Assembly: GCA_038831915.1 (NCBI GenBank)
Contig: JAWBKB010000002.1
Span: 32,001 to 96,000 of the forward strand
From: Candidatus Caldarchaeum sp.
GTDB taxonomy: Archaea > Thermoproteota > Nitrososphaeria_A > Caldarchaeales > Caldarchaeaceae
Direction: 5' to 3'
DNA: 64,000 bases
The number at the start of each line of letters is the position of its first letter. Within the stretch, counting starts at the first letter, position 1. Below, piece by piece: positions 1 through 9,723 of the stretch. A program made the position numbers and the translations under genes. The notes below the pieces were generated by a model, which was not told the origin of the DNA, did not search any database, and worked only from the letters and a program-made list of their open reading frames with translations.

Positions 1-1682
1 CCGAGCAGTTCATCTTTCTGCCGTACAACATGAGCTTCCACGATGTCTTTCTTCGAGACGTCCCCCACATCGGCGACTCTGATTAGAACTCCCTTTTCTC
101 TCAGATATTGGACGGCCGCCTCCAACGTGCCCAGTGCATCGGCCTTCACCACGACACCGATTTTGTCAGTTGAAAGAACGAATTCAGTGGTTTCTTCAGA
201 CAATTTGCGTAAATCTTCAACCTCGTTTCGTACTTGCAGCACAGGGGAGCCTGCTATTGCTTCTTCAAGGCCTTCGGCGACAAGTTTCACACCCGCCGCG
301 GCGCGTATTTCATCCACGTTTTTCAATTGGTCTTTTGGGTCGCGTATTTCTTCGAGAGGTTTCGGCATTAGCAAGGCCTTAATTTTTGAAATCGTGGGCC
401 CTTTTTTGCTAAGAAAAGCTATGCGGTCTCCAACTCTCAGAAATCCGCTGTGAACCAAGACGTTCGCAGTAGCTCCGAGTCCTTCCTCTTCGACGATTTC
501 AAGAATGACCGCTGCACCTCTGTCTTCTTTTCGCACGAGCTGTTTTTTCATGAATTGTTGTGCAAGTCCGAGAAGAAGAAGTAGCAGGTCTGGAATACCT
601 TCGCCTGTTTTTGCGCTTACAGGAACGATTGCGACAGTGTCGGCGAAAGATCGAATGCGGGTGTAGAGGTCTGATTTGAAGCCGAGGAAGCTTAGGTCGC
701 CGATAAGGTTGTAGATTCGGTTGTCAAGGTCTTCTGCGACGGCTTTCTGCTGCATGCTGTAGGTTTTCGTGAACGGAGCGTTGTTTAATGGTTTCCATCC
801 GTTTATCATGTCGATTTTGTTGGCAGCCACGATGAATGGGGTTTTGCGAGATCGTAGAAGTTGGATGCTCTCCTTGGTTTGTTCCTGCACGCCTTTCATG
901 ATGTCGACAACGAGAATCGCCATGTCCGCCACCGAACCACCTCGGCGGCGCAAATTGGAAAAAGCAGCGTGACCCGGGGTGTCGATGAAAAGCAATCCTG
1001 GGATTTCCAGCTTCACTTTAAGCTCTCCAAGCAACAGTTTGCACGTCTCTTCAACAGCCTTGACTGGGAAAATCGTGGCTCCAATGTGCTGCGTAATTCC
1101 TCCTGCTTCACGTGAAGCTACCAAGGTTCCACGCATTTTATCCAACAGAGAAGTGTTGTGAAGAAAAACGTCGTGCGCAAGAAAATGATGACTCGGGGGA
1201 ACGGTGAAATCATAAACCCATTCATAATTAGGGCGGATTATCTCGATTTGTTCGACCTTTTTCACGGTGAATTGTTTGTTGTTTGCGGCGAGAACTCTGT
1301 CACCCGGCGAAAGGCTACTCGCACGCGATGGTACGAAAACTCCGTTAGGTCTACCAACTAAGTAAGGGTGTTCAGGTGTTGTTTCGATTTCATCACCACC
1401 GGAAACATTGATTCGTGTCATGTTTCGAGGAGCTTTTCGCCGCCAAAGCAAAACCGCCGGGGAGTAACTCGACGTATCTAAGCCGAGTAGCTGAGGTGGT
1501 GTTTTTGGCTGGACAACGACACCATCAGGAATTTTCTTGTAAGGACTTTGGTGCGAAAATTTTTTGAAAACTTCGGCCGCGGTATAGTCTCCGTTTTCAG
1601 TGGCAATTATTGTGCGTGGTGCGACGCATTTTCCGTGATCGACATGTCCAAGAACTACGACGATGGGTTCTCTGTAGCTCAT
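1..1682 (-). CDS. infB: Translation initiation factor aIF5B/IF-2 (3' end runs off window; contains intein)
   Basis: Manual minus-strand translation from ATG 1682: MSYREPIVVVLGHVDHGK-[intein]-TSLLDKMRGT..REAGGITQHIGA, FIDTPGHAAFSNLRRRGGS, ANKID. Absent from the ORF track because there is no stop inside the window. Confidence 0.96.
   Translation of the reverse strand, partial: MSYREPIVVVLGHVDHGKCVAPRTIIATENGDYTAAEVFKKFSHQSPYKKIPDGVVVQPKTPPQLLGLDTSSYSPAVLLWRRKAPRNMTRINVSGGDEIETTPEHPYLVGRPNGVFVPSRASSLSPGDRVLAANNKQFTVKKVEQIEIIRPNYEWVYDFTVPPSHHFLAHDVFLHNTSLLDKMRGTLVASREAGGITQHIGATIFPVKAVEETCKLLLGELKVKLEIPGLLFIDTPGHAAFSNLRRRGGSVADMAILVVDIMKGVQEQTKESIQLLRSRKTPFIVAANKIDMINGWKPLNNAPFTKTYSMQQKAVAEDLDNRIYNLIGDLSFLGFKSDLYTRIRSFADTVAIVPVSAKTGEGIPDLLLLLLGLAQQFMKKQLVRKEDRGAAVILEIVEEEGLGATANVLVHSGFLRVGDRIAFLSKKGPTISKIKALLMPKPLEEIRDPKDQLKNVDEIRAAAGVKLVAEGLEEAIAGSPVLQVRNEVEDLRKLSEETTEFVLSTDKIGVVVKADALGTLEAAVQYLREKGVLIRVADVGDVSKKDIVEAHVVRQKDELL
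1155..1628 (-). mobile_element. Mini-intein (158 aa, no homing endonuclease) in the aIF5B G1 motif
   Basis: 474 nt in frame between GHVDHGK and TSLLD. Starts with Cys (CVAPRTIIATENG), block B TTPEHPYLV, block F VYDFTV, ends FLHN followed by Thr+1. Confidence 0.95.
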
Positions 1683-1741
1683 CTCCGGTCAGCAATGTTT
1701 TGCGTAAAACTAATAGTTATCCGCGGTTGCCTTATGTTGGT

Positions 1742-2722
1742 TTGGTCGTCGTTTTGGGCATCGAGTCGACAGCACATACCTTCGGAGTCGGGATCGTCGA
1801 TTCGGACGGGAGAATCCTCGCTAATGTAATGAAGACATATAAACCCGTTTCGGGCGGCATACATCCCCGGGAAGCATCCCAACATCATGCAGCATATGCA
1901 GCAGAAGCTGTTGCCGAAGCGTTCGAAATAGCGGGGATAAAGCCAAATGACATAGACGCTGTTGCGTTTTCACAGGGCCCTGGAATGGGGCCCTGCCTCA
2001 GAACTGGGGCGACTGTTGCGAGAACCATTTCGCTAAGCCTAGGTAAACCCTTAATAGGGGTTAATCACGGCATCGCCCATATCGAAATCGGAAAACTAGT
2101 GACAAAATGTACGGACCCAGTAGTGCTTTATGTGGCGGGGGGAAACACGATGGTTGTTGCGCTCGTGGAGAAAAGATATCGGATTTTGGGAGAGACACTA
2201 GACATAGCGGCTGGAAATTGTCTCGACGCTTTCGGAATTACAGCAGGCATAGGACCGATGCCCGCCGCAGAAATTCAAGCATCAAAAGGTAGCAAGATTT
2301 ACGAATTTCCTTACAAGGTCAAAGGAATGGATGTGTCTTTTTCTGGTATTTTGACAGCTGCTGAAAGACTGCTCAAAGGTGGTGCCGACTTGAGCGATGT
2401 ATGTCTTTCGCTTACTGCAACTGTTTACAGCATGTTGACTGAAGTTACTGAAAGAGCTTTAGCCATGACGGGCAAACCTTCCCTACTCCTAGTCGGTGGC
2501 TTGGCTCGGAGTAGAAGGCTTTGCCAGATGCTAGAAACGATGTGCAGAGACCGAGATGTATCGTTTAACGTTGTTCCTCCCGAATACGCTGGTGACAACG
2601 GAGCCATGATAGCTTGGACGGGCTTGCTAATGCACAATTGTGGAGCTTTTCTAGATATCGACAAAAGCATGGTCAAGCCGAAGATGAGAGTTGACGAGGT
2701 AGAGGCATGCTGGAGTCTTTAG
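1742..2722 (+). CDS. kae1: KEOPS t6A synthase Kae1/TsaD
   Basis: VLGIESTAHTFG, GIHPREA, GPGMGPCL, VNHGIAHIE, GDNGAMIA. Start moved to TTG 1742 because the ORF-track start overlaps infB. Confidence 0.95.
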   Translation: MVVVLGIESTAHTFGVGIVDSDGRILANVMKTYKPVSGGIHPREASQHHAAYAAEAVAEAFEIAGIKPNDIDAVAFSQGPGMGPCLRTGATVARTISLSLGKPLIGVNHGIAHIEIGKLVTKCTDPVVLYVAGGNTMVVALVEKRYRILGETLDIAAGNCLDAFGITAGIGPMPAAEIQASKGSKIYEFPYKVKGMDVSFSGILTAAERLLKGGADLSDVCLSLTATVYSMLTEVTERALAMTGKPSLLLVGGLARSRRLCQMLETMCRDRDVSFNVVPPEYAGDNGAMIAWTGLLMHNCGAFLDIDKSMVKPKMRVDEVEACWSL

Positions 2723-3351
2723 ATTTCGTAGAGAAACGCGTCGTAAGAGTTGGTGCCGAGGCTGTCATAAAAGAAGCCACATGGAAAAATCTCAAGGTGA
2801 TCATGAAACACCGCGTTCCCAAACGCTATCGGGAGGAATTAATTGATTTGAGAGTGAGGAGGAGCAGAACAATTCACGAAGCAAAAATGCTTCTCTATCT
2901 ATCGGAGCATGGAGTACCTGTTCCGCTGCTTTTTTTCGTCGACCCCGTGGAAAACGTGATCTACATGCAGTACATCGAAGGGTTGGAGCTCAGAAACCAT
3001 CCTGAACCGATACAAAGGGCGGAAAAGCTCGGATTAATCGTTGGAAAAATGCACAGCCTCGACGTGACACACGGAGACCTTACACTTTCAAACATCATCG
3101 CCGACCAAAAGGAGGGAGTTTGGCTGGTAGACTTCGGGCTAAGCCTCTTCAATTCAGATCTCGAAGAAAAAGCCATCGACATACATCTGCTCGAAAGGTC
3201 GGCTGCTAGCACTTTTCCGCAGCAAACTAGGAAATTTTTCTATAAATTCATGAATGCATACGCGACTTTCTGCGGCCAAGACACCGCACGCGAAGTACTA
3301 GAGAAGATGAAGGAAATCAGAAGCAGGGGAAGGTATGTTGTCCGAGGATGA
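2707..3351 (+). CDS. bud32: KEOPS kinase/ATPase Bud32
   Basis: GAEA, KHRVPKRYR, HGDLTLSN, DFGLS, C-terminal RGRY; follows kae1. Confidence 0.95.
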   Translation: MLESLDFVEKRVVRVGAEAVIKEATWKNLKVIMKHRVPKRYREELIDLRVRRSRTIHEAKMLLYLSEHGVPVPLLFFVDPVENVIYMQYIEGLELRNHPEPIQRAEKLGLIVGKMHSLDVTHGDLTLSNIIADQKEGVWLVDFGLSLFNSDLEEKAIDIHLLERSAASTFPQQTRKFFYKFMNAYATFCGQDTAREVLEKMKEIRSRGRYVVRG

Positions 3352-3916
3352 GCTGACGTTCGTAACATCTAACAAACACAAAGCAGTCGAAGTTAGGGAA
3401 ATTTTCCGTTCACATGGAGCACGATGCCAAGTACACTACATGAAAACAATTGAAATTCAGTCAAACGACATCGCTGAAATTGCCATATTCAGCTCATTTC
3501 AAGCCTATCAGTTATTGGGAAAACCGGTTTTTGTGGAAGACGCGGGCCTATTTGTCGATGCTCTTAATGGCTTTCCCGGCCCATATTCATCATATGTGTA
3601 TCGAACCCTTGGGCTGGAAACGTTCCTCAAACTATTGAACAAAAGAAGAAATGCATTTTTTAAATCAGTGGTTTGCGTTTACGGCTTGTCCCGAGCGCCT
3701 GTCATCTTTTCTGGCGTGGTCAAAGGCAGAATAGCGACGGAGGCCAGAGGTGAAGGTGGTTTTGGTTATGACCCCGTTTTCATCCCAGCCGGCTCGACTA
3801 AAACCTTGGCGGAAATGAGCGTCGCGGAAAAAAACAAATGGAGTCATCGTGCGAAAGCCGTGGAAAAGCTGCTGCGTTGGCTTTATAAAGACCGTAAGAC
3901 GTTTCACACGAGGTAG
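3335..3916 (+). CDS. rdgB: dITP/XTP pyrophosphatase (Ham1/RdgB family)
   Basis: FVTSNKHK, EDAGL, GFPGPYS, GFGYDPVF, SHR motifs. Confidence 0.95.
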   Translation: MLSEDELTFVTSNKHKAVEVREIFRSHGARCQVHYMKTIEIQSNDIAEIAIFSSFQAYQLLGKPVFVEDAGLFVDALNGFPGPYSSYVYRTLGLETFLKLLNKRRNAFFKSVVCVYGLSRAPVIFSGVVKGRIATEARGEGGFGYDPVFIPAGSTKTLAEMSVAEKNKWSHRAKAVEKLLRWLYKDRKTFHTR

Positions 3917-3921
3917 TCCGC

Positions 3922-4356
3922 ATGGCCCGGATGCACGCTTCAAAACGTGGCAAATCAGGATCGACAAGACCTTTGAGTAAAATACCTCCTTCATGGGTGA
4001 GGCTCACCGCTGAAGAAATTGAACCTCTCGTGGTCAAATACGCAAAAGAAGGGTTGCCGCCAAGCATGATAGGCGTTGTTCTCCGAGATCAACACGGAGT
4101 TCCTTTGATAAAGCCGATAACAGGCAAAACTGTTCTGCAAATTTTGGAAGAAAACAATCTGAAGCCGCTGATACCCGAAGATTTGTCAAACTTACTCGAG
4201 AAAATCCGGAGAATGAAGCTTCATCTCGAGAAACATAAATCGGACGGCCATAACATTCACAGGCTTCAGCTCGTCGAGTCAAAAGTCAGACGGCTTCTGA
4301 AATATTACAAGTCAAGAGGAGTTCTACCGCTCGAATACGACCCGCTTAAGGTCTGA
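3922..4356 (+). CDS. rps15: 30S ribosomal protein uS15
   Basis: MARMHASKRGKSGSTRP, IGVVLRDQHG, ESKVRRLLKYY. Confidence 0.97.
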   Translation: MARMHASKRGKSGSTRPLSKIPPSWVRLTAEEIEPLVVKYAKEGLPPSMIGVVLRDQHGVPLIKPITGKTVLQILEENNLKPLIPEDLSNLLEKIRRMKLHLEKHKSDGHNIHRLQLVESKVRRLLKYYKSRGVLPLEYDPLKV

Positions 4357-4360
4357 TCGC

Positions 4361-5827
4361 TTGACTGATTTGGAAGCCGACCTGCAAAGTTTTCTGAGGA
4401 CAGCCGAAAAAGCAGCGGAAAAAATCCGACAGTGGATTAACGAAGGAGAACACATAAACATCTTCACACATAACGACGCCGATGCTCTTTCATCTGCTGG
4501 AATCATCTGTGCCTCTCTACGCCGAGAAGACGGCTATTTCCGTGTCAGGTCTCTAAACAGAATCGAAGACTTCATAGAACTTTATCAAAACGGTTACGTC
4601 GAATCTCGATGCATAATCTTTACAGACATGGGAAGTGGTAGCCTACCAGACCTTGTTTCACTTCTGGGCGATAGGTCTGTCGTGGTGTTAGACCATCACG
4701 AGCCACATGAAACAGAGCTTGCACCCGAATGGAGACATGTAAACCCTCATCTCCACGGATTTGATGGTGCACGTGAAATCAGCGCCGCTGGAGTAACTTA
4801 TTTCGTCTGCAAGGCATTGAACAGGGGGAACATCGAGTTTTCACCGCTTGCAGTTGTCGGAGCCTTAGGAGATTTGCAAGACAAAAACTCTGAAAGAAAG
4901 CTCCATGGATTGAACGAATTGATAGTCAAAGAAGCTGTAGAGAAGAACCTCATCGAGGTGAAAGACGACATCATCTTGTATGGTCGCACTTTCCGGCCAC
5001 TGCATTTGGCGCTAGCTTCCACCACCAGCCCCTACATACCAGGAATCAGCGGAAACGAACAAACGGCCTACCAATTTCTATCATCGCTCGAAATACCTCT
5101 GAAGAAAGGTTCAGAATGGAGAACGTTAGCAGATTTGACCGATGAAGAGAAGAAAAAATTGTACAACGGCATGATTGAGTATTTGGTAGCGAAAGGCCTG
5201 CCTTCAACCATTGCCGATGAGCTCGTCGGCAAAACATATGATTTGGTCAACGAACCGGTTTGGACTTACCTAAGGGATGCGAGGGAATACGCAACGCTGC
5301 TCAACGCATGTGGTAAATCTGGAAAAGGATGGCTTGGAATTTTGGTCGCGATGGGTGCGAGGGCGGAGATTTTGGACGAGGCGCAGAAAGTTTTGGAGGA
5401 TTATCGGATGAGTTTAGCGAAAGCCATGGATTACATATCTCAGCCGGGTGTGCTCGAAGAGCTTAACCACATCGTCGTTCTTAAAGGGGGCGATGTAATT
5501 GACTTTCGCCAAGTCAGCTCTATTGCTTCCGTTCTTTCATCTTCAGGCCTTTTGCCAAAGGATAAAGCTCTCGTCGCCTTGGCTAATGCAGGCAAACTCG
5601 TAAAGATTTCAGCCCGTGCATCGAAACAGCTAGTCGACCGTGGTCTAAACTTGGGCGCCATAACTTCGAAGCTGGGTGCGGCATACGGCGGACGAGGAGG
5701 AGGACACAACATTGCGGCAGGAGCTGAAATTCCCTCAGACAGAATGATCAAATTTCTAGCAGACTTCGACAAAGCAGTAGGTGAACAGCTTGCAGCATCC
5801 GATAATCAAATCGTCGATAGAAATTAG
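4361..5827 (+). CDS. RecJ-like DHH/DHHA1 phosphoesterase
   Basis: HNDADA, DMGSG, LDHH, GGGHNIAAG; conserved position between rps15 and pcc1/rps3Ae. Confidence 0.9.
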   Translation: MTDLEADLQSFLRTAEKAAEKIRQWINEGEHINIFTHNDADALSSAGIICASLRREDGYFRVRSLNRIEDFIELYQNGYVESRCIIFTDMGSGSLPDLVSLLGDRSVVVLDHHEPHETELAPEWRHVNPHLHGFDGAREISAAGVTYFVCKALNRGNIEFSPLAVVGALGDLQDKNSERKLHGLNELIVKEAVEKNLIEVKDDIILYGRTFRPLHLALASTTSPYIPGISGNEQTAYQFLSSLEIPLKKGSEWRTLADLTDEEKKKLYNGMIEYLVAKGLPSTIADELVGKTYDLVNEPVWTYLRDAREYATLLNACGKSGKGWLGILVAMGARAEILDEAQKVLEDYRMSLAKAMDYISQPGVLEELNHIVVLKGGDVIDFRQVSSIASVLSSSGLLPKDKALVALANAGKLVKISARASKQLVDRGLNLGAITSKLGAAYGGRGGGHNIAAGAEIPSDRMIKFLADFDKAVGEQLAASDNQIVDRN

Positions 5828-6062
5828 GCTCAGAACAGCTGAGGAGGCCGAGGTGGTTTCAAGGGCGTTGAAGCCCGACGATAAACCGGTTCCACCCGGG
5901 CTTGAAGTCGAAACAAAACAGCTCGACAACACAGTGGTGGTAGAAATTTTCTGCAGCAGAGGATTTGCATCATTTCTCGCGACCGTTGACGACGTGCTGA
6001 GGATGGCCGCTGCCTCCGAAAAAGTGCTGCAAAGCATTTCTCCCAAACATAGAGATATATAG
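5781..6062 (+). CDS. KEOPS Pcc1-family subunit (paralog A)
   Basis: About 90 aa with ALKPD and SFLATVDDVLR; recJ-pcc-rps3Ae context. Confidence 0.75.
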   Translation: MNSLQHPIIKSSIEIRLRTAEEAEVVSRALKPDDKPVPPGLEVETKQLDNTVVVEIFCSRGFASFLATVDDVLRMAAASEKVLQSISPKHRDI

Positions 6063-6086
6063 AGACGTCGCACATCACAAACAGAG

Positions 6087-6692
6087 TTGTCGAGGAAATC
6101 ATCCGAACAAAAGAAACCGAAAAAGACGTATGAAATCTATTCACCTCCCTATTTCGGAGGAAGATGGCTCGGCACGACGACAGCTGACGAAGACCAAAAA
6201 CTCATAGGCAGAGTTTTAAGAACCAGTCTCTACGCCTTGACAGATGACTTCTCAAAGCAGTACATGCAGCTCAAATTTAGGATATACGAGGTCAAGGACA
6301 GCATCTGCAACACGATTTTCTACGGACACGAATATGGACGAGAATATCTGAGAAGCCTCGTCAAGCGGGGAACGAACAAAATTGAATACATTTTCGACGT
6401 TACGACGAAAGACGGCTTCGTAATACGTGTTTATCCGGTGGTTTTCACTTCTTCGCGAATTTCGACCGCGAAGAAAAAAGCAATCAGAAAGATCATGAGG
6501 CAGGTTTTGGAAGAAGCCGCTGCCAACCTCACCCACGACCAGCTCGCTCAAGAGATGGTAGTTGGGAAAACGGCCTCAGACATTTACAACTTGGTTAAGA
6601 AGATTGTCCTGCCTCGACACGTCGGAATCTACAAGAGCAAGATTATCAAAATCGGGCAGATACCCGTCGCTGCAGCTGCTCCACAAGGGTAG
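6087..6692 (+). CDS. rps3ae: 30S ribosomal protein eS1 (S3Ae)
   Basis: YSPPYFG, LIGRV, GHEYGREYLRSLVKRG, TTKDG. Confidence 0.95.
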   Translation: MSRKSSEQKKPKKTYEIYSPPYFGGRWLGTTTADEDQKLIGRVLRTSLYALTDDFSKQYMQLKFRIYEVKDSICNTIFYGHEYGREYLRSLVKRGTNKIEYIFDVTTKDGFVIRVYPVVFTSSRISTAKKKAIRKIMRQVLEEAAANLTHDQLAQEMVVGKTASDIYNLVKKIVLPRHVGIYKSKIIKIGQIPVAAAAPQG

Positions 6693-6700
6693 CGAATCCC

Positions 6701-7030
6701 TTGGAAATTGACATGGAAGAATTCCGCAGAAAATTTCCGGCGCTGTACCATGAATTGGTCGAGGCGAAAATGAGCCTGAGAATTTCCGGGGTGCGGAGCG
6801 ACGGAAAGTTGGCGGAAAAAGAGGCCAGCTCAAAAACCCCCACCGTCATCGATTATCTTCGGAGATGCGATACCGACGAACAGGGCCGTGAAGTGATACA
6901 GTATCTTGTTAAGCAGGGAGAAATTTCAACCGAAACAGCCGAAACGCTTCTCAAACAACTTGACAAAAAAGGAATTCGAAGCTTTGGCTCGCGTAGATAT
7001 CCGGGCCATTATTGTCGGGAAGGGCTTTAA
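6701..7030 (+). CDS. Conserved archaeal protein (DUF2095-like)
   Basis: EEFRRKFPAL, PTVIDYLRRCDT, GIRSFG..PGHY signature. Confidence 0.75.
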   Translation: MEIDMEEFRRKFPALYHELVEAKMSLRISGVRSDGKLAEKEASSKTPTVIDYLRRCDTDEQGREVIQYLVKQGEISTETAETLLKQLDKKGIRSFGSRRYPGHYCREGL

Positions 7031-8235
7031 CCTCTTTTCTTAGCTGAAACTATTGAAACAACGTCGTTGGGTTTGAGTGGTTGATTTTCTGCAAAACGCA
7101 TGCCGGTGAGGGCATCGACAGCATACAAAAACCCTTCGCCAAGCTCCGAGTGAATTTTAAACGCTAAATCCCTCGCGGTTGAATTTCGCGGCATCAAATA
7201 AACGTCGGGCAACACGTTTCCCTCGTGATCTGTCAAGGTGTGCGGGTTTTCCACCGGATAAACCGGGATGTAGCCAAGTTTTTCGAGATAAGCCTTGTTG
7301 ATCAACGTCTGTACTCCTGTTCCGTTCCATTTTTTGAAGACGTTTTCGCGAATGTATTCGAGAGCTTTTCTCTGTGCGGGTGTTAGCTTTGATTCGTCGG
7401 TGACTGTGAAGCTGCTGTCACCGGGCATGTACTTTACAAGTTGTTTGGCGGCTGCGAGACGGAGAGTTCTTTCTGCTTCCGCTGAAATTGCAACGACTTC
7501 ATATCCTTTCATTCTTATTTTTTCGACATTTTGCTCCGAACCAGGGATGTCTGTTTTGTTTGCGGCTACGATGACCGGTTTAGTCATCGAACGTATTTTT
7601 GAGGCCAGTGCACGTAAGTCAGCTGGAGACCATCCAGTAGGCCTAGATTTATCAAGACGAGCCGTTGATATTGCTTCTGTGACATGGTCTTCAGACACAC
7701 CTAATCCTGAAAGTTTTTTCGCGATTTCCTCCGTTAAAGAAACTTGTTTAGCTTCTGCTGCTCTCGAAATACGGGTCCAGTCGCGGCTGATTATTTCCGC
7801 CATCCAAGCGTCTATTTCGTCTATCACCATTTCCACATCTTCAACCGGGTCATGGCTAAACGGCTCGGCTGGAGTTCCGTCAGCGAGAGTAGCTCCCGAC
7901 GCATCGGCCACAATTATAAGAAGGGAGGCTTGCCTGATTTCGTCGAGAAATTTGAGACCAAGGCCTTTTCCTTTATGAGCGTTCTTGATTATACCTGGGC
8001 AGTCGATTATCTGTATAGGGACAAGTCGAACGCCGTCGATACACAAAGAGTTTTTAGGATTGTCTTTTACTCCGAGCTTTCTGCATATGCATGGGATACG
8101 GACGTAAGTAACTCCCACGTTGGTTTTCGTGGTAGTAAAAGGGTAGTTGGCGATTTCGACGTTTACGAGGCTGAGTGCTGAGAAAAGTGTGCTTTTTCCG
8201 ACGTTTGGCTTACCTACGATTCCAGCTATTTCCAT
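7027..8235 (-). CDS. ychF: Obg-family ATPase YchF with TGS domain
   Basis: GKPNVGKST, NYPFTT, GKGLG, ANKTD, C-terminal TGS (TARDLAFKIH). Confidence 0.92.
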   Translation of the reverse strand: MEIAGIVGKPNVGKSTLFSALSLVNVEIANYPFTTTKTNVGVTYVRIPCICRKLGVKDNPKNSLCIDGVRLVPIQIIDCPGIIKNAHKGKGLGLKFLDEIRQASLLIIVADASGATLADGTPAEPFSHDPVEDVEMVIDEIDAWMAEIISRDWTRISRAAEAKQVSLTEEIAKKLSGLGVSEDHVTEAISTARLDKSRPTGWSPADLRALASKIRSMTKPVIVAANKTDIPGSEQNVEKIRMKGYEVVAISAEAERTLRLAAAKQLVKYMPGDSSFTVTDESKLTPAQRKALEYIRENVFKKWNGTGVQTLINKAYLEKLGYIPVYPVENPHTLTDHEGNVLPDVYLMPRNSTARDLAFKIHSELGEGFLYAVDALTGMRFAENQPLKPNDVVSIVSAKKRG

Positions 8236-8239
8236 AGTT

Positions 8240-8686
8240 TCAGATGTTCACCGCGGGATGATGCGGGTCGACGGCGACAACCTCATACCATCTGTATAGG
8301 GAATCTTGTGCGAGTGAATAAGCGCCAAGCGGGCGCAGGTTGGGAAAATGCTTGCGAACTTTGTTGATTGCCTCTTCTTTCATCGAAACATTTATCTTGT
8401 GTCGCACAACACCCAGAGCTTTCTGCCGCCTTCCAGACCGCGGCCTCGGCTTGCTGAACCCACCTCGACGAACACGAACACGAATAACAACGTATCCCTG
8501 CTTCTCCTTGTATCCCAATGCCCGTGCGCGGTCAAGTCGGAGAGGCTTCTCCACACGTACCACCGACTTTTGTCTTCGCCATTCGACCATCCTCTTACGC
8601 ATGAGAGCTCGGAGCATCTCAGGCCTTTCACGCCAGAGCTGTCCCAGAAGCTTATACACTGAAGTCATCCTATTCCTTTCGGACAA
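8240..8686 (-). CDS. rpl15e: 50S ribosomal protein eL15
   Basis: RLDRARALGYKEKQG, RVRVRRGG, WYEVVAVDPHHP. Confidence 0.96.
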   Translation of the reverse strand: MSERNRMTSVYKLLGQLWRERPEMLRALMRKRMVEWRRQKSVVRVEKPLRLDRARALGYKEKQGYVVIRVRVRRGGFSKPRPRSGRRQKALGVVRHKINVSMKEEAINKVRKHFPNLRPLGAYSLAQDSLYRWYEVVAVDPHHPAVNI

Positions 8687-8740
8687 AGCTTGTTCTTAAA
8701 CTTGAAAACCTATTAACGCGAACGCCTCCTTCAATGCAGG

Positions 8741-9142
8741 ATGTTTAAGCTCCAGAAACTCGTCTGCAGGGCTCATGCATACGTAACAGAAGACTTTGAA
8801 AAAGTGAAGGCAGCGGTAGCTAACGTGCTTCAGAACACGAATTTTTCGGCGAAAAAGTTTCTGCTGGAAGGCCATTTCGGCGACCCGATAACTGTGTACG
8901 AATGCTTGCTAAACGACGAAGAAGATGTTATCGAGGTGTTTCGGAAAGTAGTTGGCTCGGTCGGTTTGAGCTCAGTAGGAATAGAGGAGAAACAAAGCTC
9001 GGGTGGAAAAATTCATATACGCATCGACAAGCAGAAAGCATTTCTTGGCGAGTTTGAAGCCGAAGACGTTGACCCGATAAAACTCGAATTCAGCTACGTT
9101 GGAGATTGGAGAGAAGCCGAAAAATGGTTAAGAAGTTTGTAG
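8741..9142 (+). CDS. Exosome/RNase P-cluster RNA-binding protein (DUF54-like)
   Basis: AYVTEDFEKV, EGHFGDPI, IRIDKQKA; upstream of rpp30 and pop5. Confidence 0.75.
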   Translation: MFKLQKLVCRAHAYVTEDFEKVKAAVANVLQNTNFSAKKFLLEGHFGDPITVYECLLNDEEDVIEVFRKVVGSVGLSSVGIEEKQSSGGKIHIRIDKQKAFLGEFEAEDVDPIKLEFSYVGDWREAEKWLRSL

Positions 9143-9723
9143 ATTTTTTCGTTCACAGAATCGATGAAAAAACGGCTGCAAACCTCCGAACCTTTGGCTT
9201 CAGCCATGTTTGCGTTTTAGAAAATAGAATGAGCGCGGGAATTGTTAGTGGTTTGATAATTTATCGTAAGGTTTTGGTTGATGCGTGGACGCGTGGCGAT
9301 GTTCTTGAAGCAGGGAGAAATTTCGAAGGTCGGGCGGTCGTGTGTGTGAGGCCTTTGACACGTGAAGCTCTGATGACTGCTGGCAGAGACGAAAGAATAG
9401 CGACCGTTTTTGTGCACGGCGAAATCCCTGACTACGATAGACATGTGGACGCCGTTTTCAAGAACCCCGTGGAGATATCGGTCGCGGAATTAAAGTCATG
9501 CTATGATGATGAAAAGAGATGGAGAAACGTCATTGCGTTCGTAAAAAAAGCGTTTGCGACGGGTAAAAAAATAGTGATGTCAAGCGGCGCCGCAAGTTGT
9601 GACGAAGTTCTTCCACCCCAACAACTTGCCTACGTGGCAGCGGCTTTGACCGACCAGAAACAACAATACGTCATTAGCGTCTCGGAAAATCCTTTATCTC
9701 TTCTCAGTGAAAAAATCAGATGA
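9106..9723 (+). CDS. rnp3: RNase P protein Rpp30 (divergent)
   Basis: About 200 aa, IVMSSGA..EVLPP and SENP motifs; lies between DUF54 and pop5. Confidence 0.65.
   Translation: MERSRKMVKKFVDFFVHRIDEKTAANLRTFGFSHVCVLENRMSAGIVSGLIIYRKVLVDAWTRGDVLEAGRNFEGRAVVCVRPLTREALMTAGRDERIATVFVHGEIPDYDRHVDAVFKNPVEISVAELKSCYDDEKRWRNVIAFVKKAFATGKKIVMSSGAASCDEVLPPQQLAYVAAALTDQKQQYVISVSENPLSLLSEKIR

Noticed and set aside
1610-1741. ORF-track N-terminal extension of Kae1
   Set aside because: Overlaps the infB start on the other strand; homology begins at LVVVLGIES (TTG 1742).
7295-7978. 227-aa plus-strand ORF and similar long antisense ORFs (18478-19023, 33652-34155, 38780-39376)
   Set aside because: Shadow frames of well-supported genes on the opposite strand; no recognisable motifs.
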